12,617 nucleotides of DNA, taken from Candidatus Diapherotrites archaeon CG10_big_fil_rev_8_21_14_0_10_31_34 (lineage in GTDB: Archaea; Iainarchaeota; Iainarchaeia; Iainarchaeales; 1-14-0-10-31-34). The stretch spans positions 19,544 to 32,160 of the forward strand of contig PFAI01000036.1 in assembly GCA_002763225.1 (NCBI GenBank), in the 5' to 3' direction. Numbering within the stretch: position 1 is the stretch's first letter; every line of letters starts with the position of its first letter. The notes under the pieces are model-generated. The model made no database searches and was not told the origin of the DNA. It saw only the letters and a program-made list of their open reading frames with translations. The translations under genes were made by a program, and so were the position numbers. Positions 1 through 6,877 of this stretch are shown here, piece after piece.

Positions 1-2
1 GC

Positions 3-869
3 AAGTCATCTGAAGAACAGGAATTATGGAAAAAAATAGAAGATTTAGAGTCTTCTTTAAAATCAACTGAAACATCAAATAAAGCCGAAATTGAAATCAA
101 GTTAGCAAGACTTAAATGCCAGTTAACTGAAATCCAGATTCCTGTTAAAAAAAGAAACACTGATTTTGAAAATGAATTAGGAAAAAAAAAGTCACAGTAT
201 GATGCTTTATATGAAAAATACTCTATGCTAAGGCAGGCCCTGGGCTCAGTTTCAGGAATAGAAGACAAACAAACTGAAAAAGACCTTAAAGACAAACTCC
301 ATAAATTTTTGCTTCAAAAATACTCTGAAGTAATAAATGAAAAAGAAAAAAAAACTATTGGAGAAATCAAAGGCCTTATAGATCCGGATGATTTAAGCAT
401 TCAGTCTCTTTTAGCTGAATTAATCACAGAAAATTATTCTTTTGAAAAAAACTATTTGTCAGTTGCAAAAGAAGCTTATTCTTTTGTTTCAAAAGAAATC
501 TCTTTTGTTGAATCCGATGTAAGAATTAATTTCTGGCTTACCCCGACAGAAATAATTAAGCACAAAATGGCAGATGATGAAGATTTAGCTGTATTTCTCT
601 GCACTATTTTGTATGCTTTAGGAGACGAAAACGCTTTTGTTGTTGTGGCAGAAATGGAAAACCTTTCAACTCATGCTTTTGTAATAACTGAATTCAAAAA
701 CAATTTTTATTTGTTTGACCCGTCCCAAAAAAAGCCTTTTGAAGAATTTTCCGGAAAAAAAGAAGAAGCTTTAGAAAAATATTCTTTTAAAGAGTCAAAA
801 ATCAAAAGATTTTTGTATAGATTTAATTCAACTGAATACGAGCAGTTTGCAGAAGAAAAAAATGAATAA
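3..869 (+). CDS. Coiled-coil plus transglutaminase-like (papain-fold) domain protein, catalytic Cys replaced by Asp; 5'-partial
   Basis: The frame of ORF 225..869 is open back to nt 3 (KSSEEQELWKKIEDLESSLK...), so the true start is probably upstream of the window. The C-terminal region has FWLTPTEII..ADDEDLAVFLCTIL...HAFV...YLFDP, matching the W-x-x-P-x-E...GDCED-x-A...HA-x-V...D pattern of transglutaminase-like cysteine proteases. Confidence 0.7.
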   Translation, partial: KSSEEQELWKKIEDLESSLKSTETSNKAEIEIKLARLKCQLTEIQIPVKKRNTDFENELGKKKSQYDALYEKYSMLRQALGSVSGIEDKQTEKDLKDKLHKFLLQKYSEVINEKEKKTIGEIKGLIDPDDLSIQSLLAELITENYSFEKNYLSVAKEAYSFVSKEISFVESDVRINFWLTPTEIIKHKMADDEDLAVFLCTILYALGDENAFVVVAEMENLSTHAFVITEFKNNFYLFDPSQKKPFEEFSGKKEEALEKYSFKESKIKRFLYRFNSTEYEQFAEEKNE

Positions 870-950
870 ATTATGTATATTTTTCATTTTGTTTTTAAAC
901 TCTTTTTTCTTTAACCTAATATAATTCATATTTTTTATGAAAATTTTTTT

Positions 951-956
951 GGGGGA
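951..956 (+). promoter_or_regulatory. Shine-Dalgarno site for gap
   Basis: GGGGGA 4 nt before the ATG at 961, supporting 961 over 937 as the start. Confidence 0.6.
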
Positions 957-960
957 TTTT

Positions 961-1947
961 ATGGTTAAAGTTGCAATAAATGGTTTTGGAAGAATCGGAA
1001 GAATTCTTTTAAGAGAAGGTGTAAACAGAAAAAACTTGGAGTTTGTTGCAATAAACGATTTAACTGACAACAAAACCCTTGCTCATTTATTCAAACATGA
1101 TTCAGTTCACGGAGTCTTTAAAGGAGATGTTTCTTCTGATGAAAAAAGCATTTCAGTTAATGGAAAAAAAATAAAGGCTTTTTCTGAACCCAATCCAGAA
1201 AAACTTCCCTGGAAAGAGTTAGGTGTTGATGTAGTTTTTGAATGCACTGGCAGACTAAGAAAAAACGAGGACTTCAAAAAGCATTTAACTGCTGGCGCAA
1301 AAAAAGTTATTGTTTCTGCTCCGGCAGACGGAGTTGATTCAACAATTGTTTTAGGAGTCAACAACAAAGACATAAAAGAAAGCCATAAAGCTTTCTCTAA
1401 TGCTTCTTGCACCACAAATTGTTTGGCTCCGGTTGCAATGGTTTTAGAAAAAGAATTCGGAATAATTTCTGGAATGATGAATACAATTCATGCTTTTACC
1501 AGCGACCAGGTTTTATTGGATGGCCCTCACAAAGACTTAAGAAGAGCAAGAGCTGCTTCTCTTTCAATTATTCCTACTACAACTGGCGCAACAAAAGCAG
1601 TTGGAAAAGTCCTTCCTGCAGTTCAGGGAAAACTAGATGGAGTTTCTTTAAGAGTTCCAGTTCCAACTGGCTCAATAACTGATTTTGTCTGTTTAGTTAA
1701 AAAAGAAACAACAATTGAAAAAGTAAATTCTGCTTTAAAAAAAGCTTCTGAAACTTATCTAAAAGGCATTCTTCAATATACTGAAGAACCATTAGTTTCT
1801 CATGACATTATTGGAAGCAATTATTCCAGTATTGTTGATTCAGAATTAACTCAAGTAGTAAACAAGAACATGGTCAGAGTTCTTTCATGGTATGATAATG
1901 AATGGGGTTATTCTGCAAGAATGCTTGATTTAGCTGAAAAACTTTGA
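961..1947 (+). CDS. gap: Class I (bacterial-type) glyceraldehyde-3-phosphate dehydrogenase
   Basis: MVKVAINGFGRIGR, INDL, catalytic ASCTTNCLAP, DLRRARAA, RVPVPTGS and WYDNEWGYS. Start placed at 961 from the SD site and the typical N-terminus. Confidence 0.97.
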   Translation: MVKVAINGFGRIGRILLREGVNRKNLEFVAINDLTDNKTLAHLFKHDSVHGVFKGDVSSDEKSISVNGKKIKAFSEPNPEKLPWKELGVDVVFECTGRLRKNEDFKKHLTAGAKKVIVSAPADGVDSTIVLGVNNKDIKESHKAFSNASCTTNCLAPVAMVLEKEFGIISGMMNTIHAFTSDQVLLDGPHKDLRRARAASLSIIPTTTGATKAVGKVLPAVQGKLDGVSLRVPVPTGSITDFVCLVKKETTIEKVNSALKKASETYLKGILQYTEEPLVSHDIIGSNYSSIVDSELTQVVNKNMVRVLSWYDNEWGYSARMLDLAEKL

Positions 1948-1957
1948 AAGTGAGAAA

Positions 1958-3166
1958 ATGCTTAAATCAATTAGTTCAGTTAAAATCAAAGGAAAAACTC
2001 TTTTAGTCAGAGTTGACTTGAATTCAAATATTCAGAATTCAAAGCCTGTTGTTGGAGCAAGGCTAAAAGAGCATTCCAAAACAATAAAACTTTTTTCATC
2101 CAAAAAAGCAATAACGGTTGTTTTAGCTCATCAGGGAAGAAAAGGTCAGGAAGATTTTGTTTCATTAAAAAATCATTTGCCTTTACTGGAAAAATTAATC
2201 GGAAAAAAAATCTTTTTTTCAACCTGGGCAGAAGATTTCAAGAAAAAAATTTCTTCTTTAAAAGAAGGAGAAATTTTATTAATGGAAAACACCAGATTTT
2301 TGGATTTTGAATCAGAAGAAAAAACTCCTGAAGAGCATTCCAAACAGCCTTTAATCAAAGACCTTGCTTTAGTTTCTGATGCATTTGTTTTGGATGCCTT
2401 AAGTGTTTCTCACAGAAGCCATGCATCTGTTGTTGGCTTTATTCCTTTACTTCCATCTTATTCGGGCCCTGTTTTAGATGCAGAAATAACTAATTTAGAT
2501 AAAGCACTGAATTTTCAAGAACATCCAAGACTGCTTTTTTTAGGGGGAGCAAAACCAGAAGATTCACTGAAAACACTTTCTTTTTTTCTGAAAGAAAACA
2601 AGACAGACAAAGTTTTGGTTTCAGGAATTTTTGGAGAATTATTTTTAGTTGCTTTAGGAAAAAAATTCGGCAAAAAAGATGAATTCTTTGAATCAAAAGG
2701 CTTTTTTTCTCTGCTTCCTGAAATAAAAGGATTATATGAAAAATTCAGGGAAAAAATTGTTTTGCCAAAAGATTTTGCTTTAGATAAAAACGGAAAAAAA
2801 GCAAATATTTCAGTTGAACAGCTTCCTTTAGATTTTATTTCAAAAGACATTGGAGAAAAAACTATTCAGGATTTTTCAAAAGAAATTTCTAAAGCAAAAC
2901 TAATTGTGTTTAATGGTCCTCCAGGAGTATTTGAAGAAAAAGCATTTTCTCTTGGAACAAAAGCAATTCTTAAAGCAATGTCAGAGAGTTCTGCTTTTAC
3001 TTTTCTTGGGGGAGGAGACACAGGAACTGCATTAGAATCTCTTGGTTTTTCCTCAAAACAATTTTCTTTTGTTTCGCTTAGTGGCAAGGCTTCTTTAAAT
3101 TATTTGTCCGGAAAAAAATTAGTGGCAGTTGAAGAACTAAAAAAAGCAAAATTAGAATTAAAGTAA
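1958..3166 (+). CDS. pgk: Phosphoglycerate kinase, archaeal-like
   Basis: RVDLNS, LAHQGRKG, MENTRF, SHRSHASVVGF, GGAK, DIG, NGPPGVFE and GGGDT motifs; 402 aa; 10 nt downstream of gap with GTGAG upstream of the ATG. Confidence 0.95.
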   Translation: MLKSISSVKIKGKTLLVRVDLNSNIQNSKPVVGARLKEHSKTIKLFSSKKAITVVLAHQGRKGQEDFVSLKNHLPLLEKLIGKKIFFSTWAEDFKKKISSLKEGEILLMENTRFLDFESEEKTPEEHSKQPLIKDLALVSDAFVLDALSVSHRSHASVVGFIPLLPSYSGPVLDAEITNLDKALNFQEHPRLLFLGGAKPEDSLKTLSFFLKENKTDKVLVSGIFGELFLVALGKKFGKKDEFFESKGFFSLLPEIKGLYEKFREKIVLPKDFALDKNGKKANISVEQLPLDFISKDIGEKTIQDFSKEISKAKLIVFNGPPGVFEEKAFSLGTKAILKAMSESSAFTFLGGGDTGTALESLGFSSKQFSFVSLSGKASLNYLSGKKLVAVEELKKAKLELK

Positions 3167-3182
3167 TTTTTTTAGAAAAAAA
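3167..3182. terminator. Candidate bidirectional oligo-T terminator
   Basis: T7-AG-A7 directly after the pgk stop, between two convergent genes. Archaeal intrinsic termination occurs at T tracts, but such tracts are common in this AT-rich DNA. Confidence 0.35.
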
Positions 3183-3199
3183 GCTGAACAAGAATTAAT

Positions 3200-3703
3200 T
3201 CATTCCATGCAGACTGCTTCAATGCAGTTGCAGTTTCCGTCGCATGCTTCAAAGCCATTGTTTTCATTGCAGGTTTCATCAGTGCAATCACATCCATGAA
3301 CTGCACAATGCTGTGATTCGCATAAAGGGGCATTTATTCCATTGGTTAATTCTCCGATTTCATTGTAAATGCATGGCCCGACTGCATTTGGCCCCTCGCA
3401 GTTATTGTATACAACAAAATTATATATTCCTAAAACAGAATAAGCAAAACTAATAATCATTATTGCAGTGAAAATCCATGAAATTAATTCAAAGTTCCTG
3501 AAAACAATTCCCCCTGTTTTTGGGCTGGTTTTCATTAATTTTCCTGTTACTTTCATTTTCATTTTCTTATCAAAAGCAGTTGTGCATTTTCTTAAAGTCA
3601 TTCTTCTGAAAACACAGTCAAATGCTTCTTTAGCATAATTCCTGTATTTAGCTGAAAAAATCCCTAAAACTGCAAAAACAATTAATGCAATAAAACAAAT
3701 CAT
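3200..3703 (-). CDS. Hypothetical membrane protein with two hydrophobic segments and a Cys-rich C-terminal tail
   Basis: 167 aa; hydrophobic aa ~2-17 and ~73-98; 14 Cys, 9 of them in the last 40 aa; AAGTGAT SD-like site upstream of the ATG. Confidence 0.8.
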   Translation of the reverse strand: MICFIALIVFAVLGIFSAKYRNYAKEAFDCVFRRMTLRKCTTAFDKKMKMKVTGKLMKTSPKTGGIVFRNFELISWIFTAIMIISFAYSVLGIYNFVVYNNCEGPNAVGPCIYNEIGELTNGINAPLCESQHCAVHGCDCTDETCNENNGFEACDGNCNCIEAVCME

Positions 3704-3773
3704 TTAAATCACTTAAACAGAATTAATATTGAATCAGTAAAAGTTTTTTAACCCGCTGTTTTAATTAGAAAAA

Positions 3774-6557
3774 TCATTCAACCAAAATAGCAGGCTTTAA
3801 CGGAAAAGCATTCAAAGCCTTTTTTTCTTCACTTTTTTCTGCTTCAATTACCTGAATTTCAGCTGAAAACTCTTTTTGCAGTTCACCTGAATTTTCTTTC
3901 AATGTTTTTATTTCATTTAATTCAATGAATTCATTCATTTCATTAAGTTTTTTTACTGCAGCCATAACAAATCCTTTGATTTCTTGTGCATGCTGTTTAT
4001 CGAACTCAATTGCTTTTTTCATTGCTTCTCCAAACTCGATTCTTTTGTTTTCATTTTTTTCTTTTACTTCAAACAATTTTTTTAATAAAATCCATTTCCA
4101 TTTTGGTGCAGTAAAAATTTTTATTCTTTTAATTTCTTCTTTTTGCATTTTTTCAGCTAATTTTGTTTGTTGTTTGATTATTGAATCAATTGGAGCACTG
4201 GTTTCTTTTTGCATTTTTTCAATAAATTTTTTTGGCTGTTCTGATATTAAATCAGTTATGTGCAGGATATCTTTTTGAATCCTTTCAATGAATTCTTCTT
4301 GTTTTTCTGCTTTTAAATCAATTTTTTTCTCTTCAAATTCAGGCCATTTTCCTAAACTGGAAAAACCTTTTCCCCCAATTTTTTCCCATAATTCTTCGCT
4401 TAAATGCGGGGCAAAAGGGTTTAACATTAAAACAAGTTTTTCAATCCCAATCCAAAAAACTGGGCTTTCTTTTTCTTCAAATTTCTGCAATGCATTAGTT
4501 AACTGCATTAATTCTGCAATAGCCTTGTTTAATTCAAGTTTTTCAATTAATTCTGAAGTATTTTTTATTATTCTCTGAGTTTTTGACTGAAGTAATTTTT
4601 CTTTTGAATTTAATTCCTTTTTGTGTTCAGCCTTTTTTTTGTTGTCTCCAACAAGTGAAAAAATTTTATTTAAGAATTTAAATGAATTTTCTGCTCCTTT
4701 TTCATCCCATTCCATTTCGCTTTCAGGATTTGATGCAGACAAAATAAATACTCTTGCAGTGTCTGCTCCAAACTTTTCAATTATTTCTCCTGGGTCAACC
4801 ACATTACCCAAACTTTTGCTCATTGCTTTTCCGTCTTTTAAAACCATTCCTTGTGTAAGTAATTTTTCAAATGGCTCGTCAATTTTCAATAACTTCAAGT
4901 CTCTTATTGCTTTAGTGAAAAACCTTGCATACATTAAATGAAGTATTGCGTGTTCAATGCCTCCAATATACTGGTTTACAGGCATCCAGTATTCTGCTTC
5001 TTTTTTTTCAAACACTGAATTTGCTTTTGGCGAGCAATACCTTAAAAAATACCAGCTTGAATCAAAAAAAGTATCCATTGTGTCTGTTTCCCTTTTTGCT
5101 TTTCCTTTGCATTTAGGACAAGATGTTTCAACAAAATCTTTTATTTTATTAAGTGGATTTCCTTTTCCAGTAAACTCTGCTTTTTCAGGAAGCCTGACAG
5201 GCAACTCTTTTTCCGGCACCAACTGAATTCCGCATTTCTCACAATAAATAACAGGAATTGGCGTTCCCCAAAATCTTTGCCTTGAAATCAGCCAGTCCCT
5301 TAACTTGTAATTAACTGTTTTTTTTCCCCATTTTTGTTTTTCTAAAAAATCACTTATTTTTTCCATTGCATCTAATGAATTCATTCCATTAAATTTGTCT
5401 GAATTAACCATTATTCCTTTTTCAACAAAAGCTTTATTTATTTTTTCAGCATCTAATTCTTTTCCTTTTGGCTGAATCACTATTTTGACTGGCAGTTTAT
5501 ATTTTTTTGCAAACAAGAAATCTCTTTGGTCATGTGCCGGAACAGCCATTACTGCTCCTGTTCCATAATCCATTACCGCATAATCTGCAACAAAAATCTT
5601 GCATTCTTCTCCATTAACCGGATTAATAAAATGTTTTCCAATAAAAATTCCTTTTTTTTCTATTCCTTCTGAAGTTCTTTCAATTGCAGTCTGCTTTTTC
5701 ACTTCAGCTAAAAACTCATCTAGTTTTTTTTCATATTCAGTTCCTTTAACCCATTTTCTTATTTTTGGGTGCTCTGGAGCAAAAACTAAATAAGTTATTC
5801 CAAAAACAGTATCAGGACGAGTAGTAAAAGTTGAAATTATTTCTTTTGTTTCTTTTACTTTAAAATAAATTTCTGTTCCAAAACTTTTTCCAATCCAGTT
5901 TTTTTGCATTAATTTAACTCTTTCAGGCCAGTCCTTTAATTTATCCAAGTCTTCCAGTAATTCATCTGCATAATCAGTTATCTTCAGAAACCATTGCTCT
6001 AATTCTTTTTCTTGAACAATATTTTTGCATCTCCAGCATTTTCCGTTTTCAACTTGTTCATTAGCCAAAACTGTTCCACAGTCATCACACCAGTTAACAC
6101 TTGCCTTTTTTTTGTACACTAATTTTTTTTCAAAAAATTTTTCAAACAGCCATTGATTCCATTTGTAATAACTTTCATCTGCAGTAGCAAAACTTCTGTT
6201 CCAGTCATAGCTGAATCCAAGCATTTCCTGCTGTGATTTCATTTCATCAATTCTAGAATACGTCCACTCTTTTGGATTAACTTTTCCTTTTATTGCAGCG
6301 TTTTCTGCCGGCAAACCCAATGCATCATAACCCATTGGGTACAAAACATTAAATCCTTTCATTCTTTTGTATCTTGCAAGCGAATCTCCAATAGAGTAAT
6401 TTCTTACATGCCCCATATGAAGTTTTCCTGATGGATAAGGAAACATTTCTAAAACATAATATTTTTTTTTCTCTGAATTCATTTTTGCTTCAAAGACTTT
6501 TTCTTGTTTCCATTTCTTTTGCCATTTCTCTGAAATCTTTTTATAATCTGCTTCCAT
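3774..6557 (-). CDS. leuS: Leucine--tRNA ligase (bacterial-type core, archaeal-type C-terminal domain)
   Basis: [13 protein letters not shown] (HIGH motif), TFTTRPDT and [15 protein letters not shown] editing domain, [28 protein letters not shown] (KMSKS motif); C-terminus FTAPKWKW...[11 protein letters not shown]. Confidence 0.97.
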   Translation of the reverse strand: MEADYKKISEKWQKKWKQEKVFEAKMNSEKKKYYVLEMFPYPSGKLHMGHVRNYSIGDSLARYKRMKGFNVLYPMGYDALGLPAENAAIKGKVNPKEWTYSRIDEMKSQQEMLGFSYDWNRSFATADESYYKWNQWLFEKFFEKKLVYKKKASVNWCDDCGTVLANEQVENGKCWRCKNIVQEKELEQWFLKITDYADELLEDLDKLKDWPERVKLMQKNWIGKSFGTEIYFKVKETKEIISTFTTRPDTVFGITYLVFAPEHPKIRKWVKGTEYEKKLDEFLAEVKKQTAIERTSEGIEKKGIFIGKHFINPVNGEECKIFVADYAVMDYGTGAVMAVPAHDQRDFLFAKKYKLPVKIVIQPKGKELDAEKINKAFVEKGIMVNSDKFNGMNSLDAMEKISDFLEKQKWGKKTVNYKLRDWLISRQRFWGTPIPVIYCEKCGIQLVPEKELPVRLPEKAEFTGKGNPLNKIKDFVETSCPKCKGKAKRETDTMDTFFDSSWYFLRYCSPKANSVFEKKEAEYWMPVNQYIGGIEHAILHLMYARFFTKAIRDLKLLKIDEPFEKLLTQGMVLKDGKAMSKSLGNVVDPGEIIEKFGADTARVFILSASNPESEMEWDEKGAENSFKFLNKIFSLVGDNKKKAEHKKELNSKEKLLQSKTQRIIKNTSELIEKLELNKAIAELMQLTNALQKFEEKESPVFWIGIEKLVLMLNPFAPHLSEELWEKIGGKGFSSLGKWPEFEEKKIDLKAEKQEEFIERIQKDILHITDLISEQPKKFIEKMQKETSAPIDSIIKQQTKLAEKMQKEEIKRIKIFTAPKWKWILLKKLFEVKEKNENKRIEFGEAMKKAIEFDKQHAQEIKGFVMAAVKKLNEMNEFIELNEIKTLKENSGELQKEFSAEIQVIEAEKSEEKKALNAFPLKPAILVE
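4137..4221. repeat. 19-nt direct repeat inside leuS
   Basis: TTCTTTTTGCATTTTTTCA at 4137-4155 and 4203-4221 (66 nt = 22 codons apart), encoding EKMQKE twice. Confidence 0.75.
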
Positions 6558-6669
6558 TCAATCACTTTAATGCTTTAATTATTAGTTTAATAAGAATTTT
6601 TAATATCAACTTAATTCTTTCCACTTTAAAAATATTTTCTATTCTTTTTTTGTTTAAGAGGAGTTTTTT

Positions 6670-6849
6670 TTGAGTGAATTAAGGTTTCCAGAATATGATC
6701 CAGAAATATGCGCTTACTGTGGGGCATGTGTTGCAGTTTGCCCTGCATTGGCTTTGGATTTAAAAGAAAAAAGAATTGTTTTTAATAAAGAGAAATGCAG
6801 GCAATGCCTTGCATGCACTAAAATTTGTCCTGTAGGAGCATTAAAATAA
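6670..6849 (+). CDS. 2x[4Fe-4S] dicluster ferredoxin, 59 aa (absent from ORF track)
   Basis: Manual translation from TTG at 6670: MSELRFPEYDPEICAYCGACVAVCPALALDLKEKRIVFNKEKCRQCLACTKICPVGALK*. Two CxxCxxCxxxCP motifs; AGGAG SD at 6659-6663. Confidence 0.93.
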   Translation: MSELRFPEYDPEICAYCGACVAVCPALALDLKEKRIVFNKEKCRQCLACTKICPVGALK

Positions 6850-6877
6850 ATTAGTTGTTTGGTTATTTGGCGGGAAA

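Noticed and set aside
937..960. Upstream ATG for gap
   Set aside because: The extension spans the SD site; ATG at 961 gives the canonical N-terminus.
3925..5793. Plus-strand ORFs within leuS, and similar antisense ORFs in gap, pgk, DGGR and rqcH
   Set aside because: Phe/Ser-rich reverse-frame artefacts of Lys/Glu-rich genes, with no recognisable motifs.
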